Assembly (NCBI GenBank): GCA_027339965.1
Contig: DAHWNL010000016.1
Coordinates: 32,001 to 96,000 of the forward strand
Source: Granulicella sp.
Lineage (GTDB): Bacteria > Acidobacteriota > Terriglobia > Terriglobales > Acidobacteriaceae
Length of the DNA stretch: 64,000 bases
Direction of reading: 5' to 3'
Shown: positions 1-9,846 of the stretch, piece by piece
How positions within the stretch are numbered: position 1 is the stretch's first letter
How the letters are laid out: each line of letters opens with the position of its first letter
Program-made: the position numbers and the translations under genes
Notes under the pieces: generated by a model
Told to the model about the DNA's origin: nothing
Seen by the model: only the letters and a program-made list of their open reading frames with translations
Databases searched by the model: none

Positions 1-2
1 GT

Positions 3-1022
3 GACGCTCTGAACAGGCCGGGCGCAAGCCGCGAGGGCGAAATCACGATCCCCTTCGGCCATGCTCGCTTCACGATCGTCTATGACGGGCTAAGCTTCGC
101 TGCGCCCTCGGAGGTCCGCTATCGCTTTCGTCTGCAGGGGTTCGACAAGCAGTGGACCGAGGCCGGGGATCGGCGCTTCGCCACCTACACCAACCTCCCT
201 CCAGGCGGCTATCTTTTCCGGGTTCAGGCCAGGAACAAGGATGGAGTATGGAACCGCGCCGGGGCGGAGTTGAGCTTCCGCATTATCCCTCCCCTCTATC
301 GCAGATGGTGGTTCCTTCTCTTGAGCCTGCTGGCGCTTCTGGCCGTGCTGGCGGGAGTCTACCTGTTGCGGCTGCGCCGGTTGCGCGGCGAATTCAGCGC
401 CGTGCTCGCGGAGCGGAATCGTATGGCGCGCGAGATCCACGATACCCTCACCCAGGACTTCGTGGGCGCCTCGCTGCAGCTTGATCTCATTGCCCAGCAA
501 CTCATCCGGGGCAGAGTGGACCTTGCGCTCGACCAGGTCAGACGCACCCGCCGGTTCGTCTCCGAGGGGCTGGAGGAGGCCCGGCGCAGCATCTGGGAGA
601 TCCGCGCCACCCCCTCCCAGGATGACCTGCCGATGCGCCTGACTCGAATTGTGCAACGGGACACCTTCAGCGGCCTCAAGCCCCGTCTCCGCATAGGAGG
701 CGCTTATCGGCCACTCGATCCGCGCGTGGAACGGGAGATTCTCCGCATCGCGCAGGAGGCTCTCACCAACGTTCTTCATCACTCGGCCTCCGAGGAGGTC
801 GCCGTAGACCTGCATTACTCCAGTGATATGCTGATGCTGACCGTGGAAGACAAGGGTGTGGGGTTCGATCTGAACGAAGCATCCGGCAAGTCAGTACACT
901 TTGGTCTGCTGGGGATGAAGGAGCGAGCCGCCACAATCGCCGGCCATATCGAGATCTCAAGTCAGCCTGGACAGGGAGCGAAAGTCTCATTGCGGGTGCC
1001 CATTGGGCAGGGCGCCAGATAA
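3..1022 (+). CDS. Two-component sensor histidine kinase with Y_Y_Y domain and HisKA_3-type kinase; 5' part lies outside the window
   Basis: Frame is open from position 3: YRFRLQGFDKQWTEAG...YTNLPPGGYLFRVQARNKDGVWN (Y_Y_Y), TM segment, ERNRMAREIHDTLTQ (H box), EALTNVLHHS, DKGVGF, FGLLGMKER. Confidence 0.9.
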   Translation, partial: DALNRPGASREGEITIPFGHARFTIVYDGLSFAAPSEVRYRFRLQGFDKQWTEAGDRRFATYTNLPPGGYLFRVQARNKDGVWNRAGAELSFRIIPPLYRRWWFLLLSLLALLAVLAGVYLLRLRRLRGEFSAVLAERNRMAREIHDTLTQDFVGASLQLDLIAQQLIRGRVDLALDQVRRTRRFVSEGLEEARRSIWEIRATPSQDDLPMRLTRIVQRDTFSGLKPRLRIGGAYRPLDPRVEREILRIAQEALTNVLHHSASEEVAVDLHYSSDMLMLTVEDKGVGFDLNEASGKSVHFGLLGMKERAATIAGHIEISSQPGQGAKVSLRVPIGQGAR

Positions 1023-1035
1023 GTGCGAGGTTCCG

Positions 1036-1662
1036 ATGGCGAAGAAGATCCGCATTATGCTCGTGGAAGATCACCAGGTCGTCAGACAAGGGCTGGAAGC
1101 TCTGCTGGGCACCACTGAGAACCTGGAGGTGGTTGGCTCCGTCGGCGACGGGCTGGAGGCCATGGATCTGTTTCGCTCCCTGATGCCGGACATTACGCTC
1201 ATCGACTTGCAACTGCCGAAGCAGGGAGGAGCGGAGACCATCCGGCGAATCCGGGCAGAGTTTCCCCAGGCGCGCTTCATCGTCCTCACAACCTTTGACG
1301 GCGATGAAGATATCTATCGCGCGCTTCAGGCGGGGGCTCGCTCCTACTTGCTGAAAGGCATGCCGCTGGAGGAACTGCTCACCACCATCCAGGCGGTGCA
1401 TAACGGCAAGTTGCATATTCCGGCGCCAGTGGCCGAAAAGCTGGCCGAGCGTCTCAGCGGCCAGGAGTTGACCGCCCGAGAGATGAATGTCCTGGAGAGA
1501 ATCGTTGCCGGACGGTCGAACAAAGAGATTTCCACGGATCTCTCCATCTCCGAGGCTACTGTCAAGACCCATATCAACAGTCTGCTGGGAAAGCTCGGCG
1601 TCGCGGACCGCACCCAGGCTGCAACCGTCGCCATCCAGCGTGGTCTGGTAAGCCATCGATGA
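1036..1662 (+). CDS. NarL/LuxR-family response regulator
   Basis: Receiver domain (VEDH...IDLQLP...K) plus C-terminal LTAREMNVL...SNKEI...TVKTHINSLLGKL HTH; ATG at 1036 after GAGG. Confidence 0.93.
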   Translation: MAKKIRIMLVEDHQVVRQGLEALLGTTENLEVVGSVGDGLEAMDLFRSLMPDITLIDLQLPKQGGAETIRRIRAEFPQARFIVLTTFDGDEDIYRALQAGARSYLLKGMPLEELLTTIQAVHNGKLHIPAPVAEKLAERLSGQELTAREMNVLERIVAGRSNKEISTDLSISEATVKTHINSLLGKLGVADRTQAATVAIQRGLVSHR

Positions 1663-2276
1663 TCCGTGAGCCAGGGTGCGGGTTGGTTCGTTCCACAAGC
1701 GGAAGACGGAGCCGCTGGACGCTGTTGCTGTCCGCTTGGCTGTGCGCCGGAGTTTGCTTGCTTCCTCCATCAGCTTTCGCCGCCCCGGGGGCTGACCAGG
1801 GGAGCGCGAACAACGATGCGCCCAGCAAGCTGCAATGGCGTTCAGCCACCGCGGCCGAGCTGGACGCCGCCCTGCCCGCGCGGGCCCAGATCGTCAAGGA
1901 GCACATCGAGACCGAGATGCACTCGGCCTCTGGGATCATTGACGCTCACGGAAGAGTGGTAGCGGCCGCGGTTCTGATCACTGCCGGCTATGCCGCCAGC
2001 GGAAAGTACTACTACTATCTGCTGGCCCAGGCTCCCATCCACCTGGGAGATTCCCTCGCCCTCCCTCCAGGTTCGTATGCGGTGGGCTGGAACCGGGCAT
2101 CCAATGGGCTTCTGGTTCATATCTACGATGCCGAGACCGGAGTGGCGCGAGGAGATGTCCTGGCCCGACCCTTGATCCCTCGGGCTCCCATCATCTCGGT
2201 AAAGATCTGGCCCCCCTCCGGGAGAAGCGTTCTTCAAATCGGACGCTTTGCTATACCTTATTCCGTAGGGAACTGA
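1659..2276 (+). CDS. Hypothetical secreted protein
   Basis: ATGA overlap with the regulator stop; signal-peptide-like N-terminus (..PSAFAA); coding-like composition. Confidence 0.7.
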   Translation: MIREPGCGLVRSTSGRRSRWTLLLSAWLCAGVCLLPPSAFAAPGADQGSANNDAPSKLQWRSATAAELDAALPARAQIVKEHIETEMHSASGIIDAHGRVVAAAVLITAGYAASGKYYYYLLAQAPIHLGDSLALPPGSYAVGWNRASNGLLVHIYDAETGVARGDVLARPLIPRAPIISVKIWPPSGRSVLQIGRFAIPYSVGN

Positions 2277-2569
2277 AGTACCTTCCCGAGGCCTCGTCCT
2301 TATGCAACTCCGCCCAGTTTGTTTCCATCCAATCTCAACCTGCTCCTTGAAGAACTTCATGGAGCATCATCGTTCCTTCCGTCCTCCCTGGCGCGCTTCC
2401 CGGCTGGGATGGAATGCCGGCGCGCCCGCAAACCCGCCGCGAAGAACCCATCGACACGCAAAGAACTCGCGAACTGCGTCCGTCGCTCGCCTTGGCAAGT
2501 TCAGCGTAACTTTATTGAATTCCAGTCCGCGCGAGCCTCTCCGGTTCCGCGATGCAAAGGGAGACTAAA

Positions 2570-4141
2570 GTGAGTGAGAAGAATCTTTTGCCTGCGCTTT
2601 CAACGCGCCGGAAGTTTTTGCGCAATGCAGCGGCTGCGGCCGGAGCGGCCGCAGCCGTCTCCACGAACTCGGCTTCAGCTTCCGCCGGCTCAAGTAATGC
2701 GCCGTCGAACGCGCCAAGGCCCAATGTGCTGATGATCTGCGCCGACCAGTTTCGCGCTGACTTTGTCGGCGCCAACCATGAAAACCCTTCCACCATCACT
2801 CCGCACATCGACGCGCTGGCGCAACGCGGCGTCAGCTTCCGGCATTGCATCTGCAATCAGCCGTTGTGCTCGCCCTCGCGAGCTTCCTTTCTCACCAGCC
2901 GCTATGCTACAGAAACTGGAGTGTGGCGGCTCGGTCCTGGGCTCAACCAGAGCCTGCCGACCGTGGCCACGGAGTTCGGGAAGAACGGCTACTCCACGCA
3001 CTTCCTGGGCAAATGGCATGTCTCGGAGACGAAGCTCCCGAATGGCGACAAGCAGTTGGGATGGGTTCCACCAGGCCCGTCGCGGGGAGGGTTCGACGAT
3101 CAGTGGGAGGGAGCCAACGTCCTCGAACTCGTCTCCCATCCTTATTCGGGCAACTATTGGGACTCGCAAGGGACAAACATCGGCTATAAGGGTCAGTATC
3201 GCGTGGACTTTATCACCCAGCGCGCGGTGCAGGTGATCGAAGAGAAACACGACAAGCCCTGGTTCATGTTCGTATCGCAGCTTGAGCCGCATCAACAGAA
3301 CGACGTGGATGCCTTTGTGCCTCCGCTTCGCTACGCCGACGATTTCACCTGGCGCGTCTACCGCTCTCAGCTCTCCGCCGAGCAGCAGAATGAGCTGAAC
3401 GGGCTTGCCCACCCGAACCGCCCGTCCTACTCCGATCCGTTCATTCCGCACGACCTGCGGAATCTTCCCGGGAATTGGCGCTCCCATATCGCCGGCTATT
3501 ACGGCTGCGTGCAGGCTATTGACGATTGCGTAGGCACGCTGGTGACCGCGCTGGAGCGGACCGGACAGCTGGACAACACGATCATCGTCCTCTTCTCGGA
3601 TCACGGCAATACCTTCCACACCCGGCTGGGAGAGTACAAACGCTCGCCCCATGACTCTTCTATTCGAGTTCCTTTTGTCATCGCTGGACCGGGCTTCAAC
3701 CAGTCCCGGATCATCGATGAGGTGGTCACGCTGCTGGATCTGGCGCCCACCTTGCTGGACGGCGCGGGCATTGCCCCGCCCGCAAGCATGCGTGGCCGGC
3801 CGCTGAAGCCGCTGGCGGAGGATCTGAACGTGCGCAAGAACTGGGATTCCACGGCTTACTTCCAGATCAGTCAGTCGATCTGCGGGCGCGGCATCCGAAC
3901 GCCGGACTGGGTGTTTTGCGTCTTTGACCCAACGGTCCGCAACGGCGAAGCCGAATATAGCCAGCACTACCAGGACTTCGCCATGTACTCGATCTCCGGC
4001 GATCCGGCACAGTTGGTCAATCTCGTGGGGCGCTCAGAGTACCGCAAGATTGCCAATGAACTGCGCGCCGAGTTGCTGCGGCGAATCACCGCGGCCGGCG
4101 AACCGCCGGCGACGATCACGCCCATTCACTACTACGCCTGA
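2570..4141 (+). CDS. Tat-exported sulfatase (Cys-type, S1 family)
   Basis: TRRKFL Tat motif, RPNVLMICADQ, CSPSRASFLT signature, GKWH, SDHG; GTG start after GGGAG. Confidence 0.92.
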   Translation: MSEKNLLPALSTRRKFLRNAAAAAGAAAAVSTNSASASAGSSNAPSNAPRPNVLMICADQFRADFVGANHENPSTITPHIDALAQRGVSFRHCICNQPLCSPSRASFLTSRYATETGVWRLGPGLNQSLPTVATEFGKNGYSTHFLGKWHVSETKLPNGDKQLGWVPPGPSRGGFDDQWEGANVLELVSHPYSGNYWDSQGTNIGYKGQYRVDFITQRAVQVIEEKHDKPWFMFVSQLEPHQQNDVDAFVPPLRYADDFTWRVYRSQLSAEQQNELNGLAHPNRPSYSDPFIPHDLRNLPGNWRSHIAGYYGCVQAIDDCVGTLVTALERTGQLDNTIIVLFSDHGNTFHTRLGEYKRSPHDSSIRVPFVIAGPGFNQSRIIDEVVTLLDLAPTLLDGAGIAPPASMRGRPLKPLAEDLNVRKNWDSTAYFQISQSICGRGIRTPDWVFCVFDPTVRNGEAEYSQHYQDFAMYSISGDPAQLVNLVGRSEYRKIANELRAELLRRITAAGEPPATITPIHYYA

Positions 4142-4243
4142 GAGGCGCGAGAATCGGACAATCTCTTGCTGCGGGAATCATGCAGATTCTCCTTCGCGCA
4201 TCTCGAATGAAATCGGAGTAACCATGCCGCTCGCTGGAGGGAC

Positions 4244-4320
4244 TGGTGGGCGAGGCAGGGATCGAACCTGCAACCCCGGACTTAGAAGGTCCGTGCTCTA
4301 TCCAATTGAGCTACTCGCCC
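4244..4320 (-). tRNA. tRNA-Arg (anticodon TCT)
   Basis: Reverse complement GGGCGAGTAGCTCAATTGGATAGAGCACGGAC-CTTCTAA-GTCCGGGGTTGCAGGTTCGATCCCTGCCTCGCCCACCA: cloverleaf, TTCGA T-loop, encoded CCA. Confidence 0.97.
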
Positions 4321-5060
4321 CGGATCCTGGGGCCTTGGCCGTCGACAGGGCTGCTCTCCTGTTGAGCCTCCCGCACGCGATTCGCATCCACTGCCTCGAT
4401 TGTAGCCGAGCCGCGTGTTGCTTGAAGCTCTCTGCCGCGCAGCAAACTCACCACGTCCTCCAAGGCCAACTCCCAGCGCCGGCGAGCGATCTCCGGCTCC
4501 GCACCAAGCGCTGTCACATAGATGGAAACGGCAAATCCCTCCAGCGGCCCGGCAAGATCCAGTAACGCCGGGCGAAGCACACACTCCAGCGTGGCTTCAT
4601 CATGCGTCAAACGCTGCGCCCGCCTCACGATCCTGTCCAGAAGATCCCGTTGGCGGTGAGCAGAGGCAAAGGTCGAGCGCTCCCGCCACAGCAGATCGAT
4701 GTATCCGGCAAAGCCATAGCGCGCCTCTTCCTCGCTCAGCATCAGCTCCAGCCGCAGCGCCTCCAGTCTCTCGCGGTGTTCCGCGCCGGAACCGGCGCTT
4801 CCATCGAAGGCCATCTGCCAGACATCACATTTGGCGGTGAAAAACGGCGATCGAGTGGCATTGAGCGAACGCAGCGCGCGGGCCAGAGACGGGTTCCGTT
4901 CCGTCTCTGGGATCTCCGCAATGGCATAGGGGTTGGCTCGGAGGTCAATAAACCTCATCCTGGCGCTTGCGTCCGGCGAGTCCGGCAATCCCTCCGTCGA
5001 CCATGGAACGACCAGCACCGGTGCATCCATCCCACACTCGGCTGTCCATTCACTCAGCAT
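4311..5060 (-). CDS. Hypothetical protein
   Basis: 249-aa ORF with GGAGG before ATG, protein-like composition (FFTAKCDVW, YIDLLW); stop codon falls inside the tRNA 5' end. Confidence 0.7.
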   Translation of the reverse strand: MLSEWTAECGMDAPVLVVPWSTEGLPDSPDASARMRFIDLRANPYAIAEIPETERNPSLARALRSLNATRSPFFTAKCDVWQMAFDGSAGSGAEHRERLEALRLELMLSEEEARYGFAGYIDLLWRERSTFASAHRQRDLLDRIVRRAQRLTHDEATLECVLRPALLDLAGPLEGFAVSIYVTALGAEPEIARRRWELALEDVVSLLRGRELQATRGSATIEAVDANRVREAQQESSPVDGQGPRIRGE

Positions 5061-5093
5061 CTGCCTCCAGAATACGGCAGCGCCGGCGTCGCT

Positions 5094-6188
5094 TCATGCA
5101 TGAGCGGAAACAAAGCGAAGCGTTGTCTGCTCGGCCCAGTATCCGTCGCTGCCTGTGGAGCGATCGGAGGGCTCCAGAAAAGCGCAGTGACCACCATGGC
5201 TGGTCAACAGAAACACGATCTTGGGATTGTCCGCTATGGCCCGGCGAGACTCCGGCAAAATACGGACAAAGGGATCATCCTGGGAGTGAATCAGCAGTGT
5301 CGGCACCGCGATGCGGTCCAGCACCCGCGCTGCTGCCGCCCGGTGGTAGTAGTCGTCAGCGGATTGGAATCCGCAGTACAGCGCAGTGATCCGCTCATCA
5401 AACTCCCGCAGCGAAGTCACATGGTCGGCGCGATGCGGGTCATAAGCTCGCGGAAACAGTTGCGCCTTGCGCCGAAAGCGACGCAGCAAATCGCGCACGA
5501 ACTTGCGCTCATAGATGCGGTTCCACGGCTCGTGCAGCGCATCGGCGGAGACCGCCAGATCCAGCGCGGGAGAGACCCCCACCACGGCGCGCAGTTGCGG
5601 AGGCGCGTTTCCGCCCAGATCTCCGGCCAGCTTGAGCACCAGGTTCCCCCCCATGGAGTAGCCGATCAGCGCCACCGACTGCAAGCCTTGGCGAGCCACA
5701 AAGTGCTGCATCACCCGCTCCACATCCTGGGACAAGCCGGAGTGATAAAGAGTCGGCGTCAGACGCAGCATCTGGTCACCCCGGCCCGGGCCGCAGTTGC
5801 GCATGTTCATGCGAATCACGTTCCAGCCGGCCCGCCACAGCTTGTTGGCATTGCCAATCACGTATTGCGAGCGCGACGAGCCTTCCAGGCCGTGCAGGAT
5901 GATGGCCGTTGGGCGGTCCGGCCGCTGCGGAAGCGCCTGCCAATGGCACTCGCAGAGCACCTGGCTGGCAATCTGCGAGCCATGCGCGGGAGAAACCTCC
6001 ACCATCTCCGCCACCGGCTCCGGAAGAACGTCGGTTCGAGGTAAAAAGTTGCCAAGGATGGTCTGCAGATGCCCGTTGCTCATCCAGCGCCGCGGCGAGA
6101 ATTGCGGAACCTCCGTGGGCCACTGGCCTTGAGCCGAAACCTCCTGATCCCGTTCCGCTCTTGTCTTGGCAACAGCGCCAGGACTCAT
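5094..6188 (-). CDS. YheT-family alpha/beta hydrolase
   Basis: NGHLQT, ILHGLEGSS, NMRNCG, GYSMGGN nucleophile elbow, DDPF, GGHCAF; ATG 6188 has GGAGG. Confidence 0.9.
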   Translation of the reverse strand: MSPGAVAKTRAERDQEVSAQGQWPTEVPQFSPRRWMSNGHLQTILGNFLPRTDVLPEPVAEMVEVSPAHGSQIASQVLCECHWQALPQRPDRPTAIILHGLEGSSRSQYVIGNANKLWRAGWNVIRMNMRNCGPGRGDQMLRLTPTLYHSGLSQDVERVMQHFVARQGLQSVALIGYSMGGNLVLKLAGDLGGNAPPQLRAVVGVSPALDLAVSADALHEPWNRIYERKFVRDLLRRFRRKAQLFPRAYDPHRADHVTSLREFDERITALYCGFQSADDYYHRAAAARVLDRIAVPTLLIHSQDDPFVRILPESRRAIADNPKIVFLLTSHGGHCAFLEPSDRSTGSDGYWAEQTTLRFVSAHA

Positions 6189-6290
6189 GCGCCCCCTCCA
6201 CGCCCGAAAGATCTCGCCCCGGCGGGATCGAGAGATGTGGTGCAACGGTAGAGCACAGTCTTCGCAAAGGCGCTCACGCTCTGCTGTCCG

Positions 6291-7952
6291 CTACCGCGCA
6301 TGCTCTTCTCCGCCCTTCACCGTCAGCCAGTGGTGGAAACCATCGACGATGGCCATCAATGCGGCCTGATTGAGATCGCTGCTGACGCCGGCCGTGACCC
6401 ACGGTTCATGGCCGTCGGCGTTGAAGCTGGCCGTGACGCGCACATGCGCCGCCGAGTCATGCGCCTTGATGTCCAGGGCCGCAACCGTAAAGGTTCCCAG
6501 CCGCACCTCGGACAGTTCCGGATACCATTTGTCCAGTTCGCTTCGCAGCGCCTTGGTGATTGCGTCCACCGGACCCGCCCCCTCGCCGCGGGTTGTGGCC
6601 AGGCTGGACTCTCCGTTGCGATGCCCGATGCTGAGACTCATGAAAGCCTGGATGAAGCGGCCGCCAACCTCGTCCGACTCGTCGAAGACCCGCCAGCTTC
6701 TTACCGTGAACCAGTTACGCCAGCTTCCCAGCATCCGCATGCAGGCCAGGCGGAAGGAGACCTCGCTGGAGGTGTACCCACCTCCCTCCACCATCGCCTG
6801 GTTGGCATCCATCAGGGTTTGCGCCTGAGCCGAGGTGAGGGAGACCCCCAGCGACTCCGCAAGGAGCATGATGTTGGCCCGGCCCGACTGCGCATTCACC
6901 CCGATCACCGGGCTGGCGCCCACCTGCGCCGGATCACACCATAGGTAGGCGCCGGGATCTTTGCGTTCGCTGGATCCGTGCATGCCGGCCCAGGTGCCAA
7001 ACGCCCCCAGACCGACGATGGGAGATCCATGCGGCGTCTCCAGCCCAAAGGCGGCATAGGCGGCATGGGCCAAGCCGGTCAGCTCCGTCAACGCCTCGGA
7101 GGAGACAAATTCGGCCTCGCCGCGCAGTTGCATCGCCCCAACAACAGTGGTCAGGTTCACATTGCCACAGCGTTCCCCGGTGCCGACCAGCGTCCCTTGC
7201 ACATGCATGGCCCCGGCCTGAATCGCGGCCCGCGTGTTCGCTACTCCCAAGCCGCGGTCCGTGTGGCCGTGGAATCCAAACTTTGCCTGCGGAAACGCTC
7301 TGGTCAAATCGGTGAAGGCCTCCCAGACCTCCTCCGGGCTGGCCCCTCCGTTGGTATCGCAAACCACAATGCGGCTGACCTTTTGAGTGACACACTGCTG
7401 GGTCAAACGGTCAAAGTAATCGCGGCTCTTTTGCCGGAAGCCGGAGTCGCAGACACGCCCAAACTCTCGCCGCCCGCAGCGGGCGTCCATGGCGTGCTCC
7501 AGATCCACCAGCACCTCCAGCCCATGCGACTGCAAACAATCAATCGTCTCAAAGGCCATGCGCAGATTCTCCTCGGGCGTGGCCTCCAGCGATCGCTCCA
7601 CATCCAGCAGCCGGCTCTTCACAACAATCACTGCGGTTGGAATCAGATGCCGATGGCGCAGGATAAACTGAACGTCCGGCCAGTCTTCCACCCGGACACC
7701 GCGGCCGCGCGAACGACCGAAGAGCGCCAGCTTCATGGCCCCGGTCGTAGCGCCGGCCAGCGCGTCGGCCAACTCGGAGACAAACTGGTTGGCGCCGGCA
7801 AAACCGATCTCCGCATAATGCACGCCAAACCTGCCCATCCGCTCCAGCAGCCGCACCGCGTTGGGTGCGGAGATTTCCAGGTTCGGCTGTTGCAGACCAT
7901 CCCGCAGGCTGGTGTCAAACAACTCAACTTTTCGAAGACTGGCGTCCTGCAT
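6291..7952 (-). CDS. cimA: Citramalate synthase / 2-isopropylmalate synthase family protein with LeuA-type regulatory domain
   Basis: DTSLRDGLQ (DRE-TIM), CDTNGG, HGHTDRGLGVAN, GTGERCGN, C-terminal GAGPVDA regulatory domain; exact substrate not determinable. Confidence 0.75.
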   Translation of the reverse strand: MQDASLRKVELFDTSLRDGLQQPNLEISAPNAVRLLERMGRFGVHYAEIGFAGANQFVSELADALAGATTGAMKLALFGRSRGRGVRVEDWPDVQFILRHRHLIPTAVIVVKSRLLDVERSLEATPEENLRMAFETIDCLQSHGLEVLVDLEHAMDARCGRREFGRVCDSGFRQKSRDYFDRLTQQCVTQKVSRIVVCDTNGGASPEEVWEAFTDLTRAFPQAKFGFHGHTDRGLGVANTRAAIQAGAMHVQGTLVGTGERCGNVNLTTVVGAMQLRGEAEFVSSEALTELTGLAHAAYAAFGLETPHGSPIVGLGAFGTWAGMHGSSERKDPGAYLWCDPAQVGASPVIGVNAQSGRANIMLLAESLGVSLTSAQAQTLMDANQAMVEGGGYTSSEVSFRLACMRMLGSWRNWFTVRSWRVFDESDEVGGRFIQAFMSLSIGHRNGESSLATTRGEGAGPVDAITKALRSELDKWYPELSEVRLGTFTVAALDIKAHDSAAHVRVTASFNADGHEPWVTAGVSSDLNQAALMAIVDGFHHWLTVKGGEEHAR

Positions 7953-8188
7953 CTCTTTACTCTGGCTCCGCGATCTTGCCGGGGAGCCGGCATGGGGCGT
8001 GCCTCTATTTAATCATGCGTCGGATGGATCCCCACGACCCGTCCAGCGTCCAGCGGCTACTCAGCCAGCCGGGCAGAACGAACCGGCCAGAGACTCTACT
8101 TGCCCCGGTGGACGTGAAAGCAGAACCAAACCATAACGGATGAGGAGAAAGCCGTCTCCCTTTGGAGGCGCTGTTCCTATGAAAGTTG

Positions 8189-8236
8189 CCGGCCCCAGAA
8201 CCGGCCCCAGAACCTGTCCCAGAACCTGTCCCAGAT
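8189..8236. repeat. Four tandem 12-bp units (CC[G/T]G[C/T]CCCAGA[A/T])
   Basis: ccggccccagaa x2, cctgtcccagaa, cctgtcccagat read directly. Confidence 0.85.
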
Positions 8237-8334
8237 TGGCATCTACGGCACGGCGGCCACGGCGGAGCCCGCCCTACCGGCTCCTCACCGCTCGCCGGTG
8301 GCTCCCTGCTTCGGCCCGTCTATGGAACAAGCTC

Positions 8335-9810
8335 TCAGCCGGGTTCTCCGCTCCGCAGCCTGGTGACGATCTTCGTGGTGGAAGATCCCTCGACCAAAGG
8401 CACAATCTCCACCCGCCCCCCGGCTGCGATCACCTCCTCGCGCCCCACCACGGTCGCTGGGGAATAATCGCCGCCCTTTACCAGAACATCCGGCTTCAGC
8501 GCGCGGATGAGTTCCAGCGGGGTATCCTCCTCAAAGATCACCACCGCATCCACGGCGGCCAGCGCCGCCATCACCCGCGCTCGCTCCCGCTCGCCGACCA
8601 CCGGCCGCGAGGTTCCCTTGAGCCGGCGCACGCTGGCATCGGAGTTCAGCCCCAGCACCAGCTTGCTCCCAAAGTGGTGACACTGCTCCAGCAGGGTGAC
8701 GTGGCCCACATGCAGCAGGTCAAAGCATCCGTTGGTAAACACGATCGTCTCACCGGCCGCCCGCCATTCGGCCACACGCCGGGCCAGACGTTCCTGAGAC
8801 AGGACCTTCTCGCCACTGCCGACACCGCTGGACGGAGTCAGCTCGGCGATCAGCTCGTGCTGTGCAATGGGTACCGTTCCCCTCTTGCCGACCACGATCC
8901 CCGCGGCCAGATTCGCCAGCTCCACCGCGGTCTCAATCTGCAAGCCGCCCCCCAGCCCGGCGGCGAGGGTAGCAATCACCGTGTCGCCTGCGCCGGAGAC
9001 GTCATACACCTCCCGGGCGCGCGCCGGCGAGTGGAATCCGCCACCCTTCCAGAGGACCCGGATTCCATCCTCGCTCATGGTCACAGCCAGATACTTCAAA
9101 GCATGCTTCTCGCGCTGCGCCTCTCCTGCCTCCAGCAACGCCGCGGGCAGATCGGCCGCCACGCCCGTTGCGGCTGAAAGTTCTTGCAAATTCGGGCAGA
9201 TCATCGTCGCTGAGGCGTACTTGCCAAAGTCTCTGGTCTTGGGATCGGCCAGCACGGGAACCCCGGCGGCGTTGGCGGCGGCGATCAGGCGCGCACAGAG
9301 TTCCGCTGCCAGCGCTCCCTTGGCGTAGTCGGAGAGCACTACAGCCTGCACCCGGCTGACCATGGGCTCTGCGCGCTCCAGCAGGCGCTGTTGCTCCTGG
9401 GCTGAGGGACCCTGCCGGCTCTCTACATCCAAACGCAACAACTGCTGCTGGCGTCCCACAATCCTGGTCTTGGAGGTGGTTGGCTGGCCGGTGACCACCA
9501 CGGCGGAGGTGTCAATCCGCGCCGCGGAGAGCAGCGCCGCAAGCTCGGCCTTGTCCTTGTCCTCGCCCCAATAGCCCGCCAGCAAAGCCTTGCATCCCAG
9601 CCCTGCCAGGTTCATGGCTACATTGGCCGCGCCGCCCGCCCGCTCATAGTGCTGGGCATGGCGCAGCACCGGCACCGGCGCCTCGGGCGAAACTCTGTCC
9701 ACCTCACCCAGAATGTAGCGGTCGAGCATCAGATCGCCAACCACCAGCACCGACAGCCGCCCAAAACCACCCTCGAGCAACTCTAGAACAGCATCCGTCT
9801 CCCGCAGCAT
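8335..9810 (-). CDS. hldE: Bifunctional heptose-7-phosphate kinase / heptose-1-phosphate adenylyltransferase
   Basis: VGDLMLDRY...RVSPEAPVPV, DVSGAGDTV (PfkB), FTNGCFDLLHVGH, VKGGDY; ATG 9810 has GGAG. Confidence 0.95.
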   Translation of the reverse strand: MLRETDAVLELLEGGFGRLSVLVVGDLMLDRYILGEVDRVSPEAPVPVLRHAQHYERAGGAANVAMNLAGLGCKALLAGYWGEDKDKAELAALLSAARIDTSAVVVTGQPTTSKTRIVGRQQQLLRLDVESRQGPSAQEQQRLLERAEPMVSRVQAVVLSDYAKGALAAELCARLIAAANAAGVPVLADPKTRDFGKYASATMICPNLQELSAATGVAADLPAALLEAGEAQREKHALKYLAVTMSEDGIRVLWKGGGFHSPARAREVYDVSGAGDTVIATLAAGLGGGLQIETAVELANLAAGIVVGKRGTVPIAQHELIAELTPSSGVGSGEKVLSQERLARRVAEWRAAGETIVFTNGCFDLLHVGHVTLLEQCHHFGSKLVLGLNSDASVRRLKGTSRPVVGERERARVMAALAAVDAVVIFEEDTPLELIRALKPDVLVKGGDYSPATVVGREEVIAAGGRVEIVPLVEGSSTTKIVTRLRSGEPG

Positions 9811-9846
9811 CTTGATCTCCACCCTGGAGGTTTGTCCCTGGCTCCA

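Noticed and set aside
1..4243. Genomic island integrated at tRNA-Arg
   Set aside because: No integrase, no duplicated tRNA 3' end and no obvious compositional shift within the window; cannot be excluded beyond the left edge.
7953..8334. Leu/Ile attenuator leader upstream of the cimA-like gene
   Set aside because: No short ORF with a run of Leu/Ile/Val codons followed by a terminator was seen on the minus strand.
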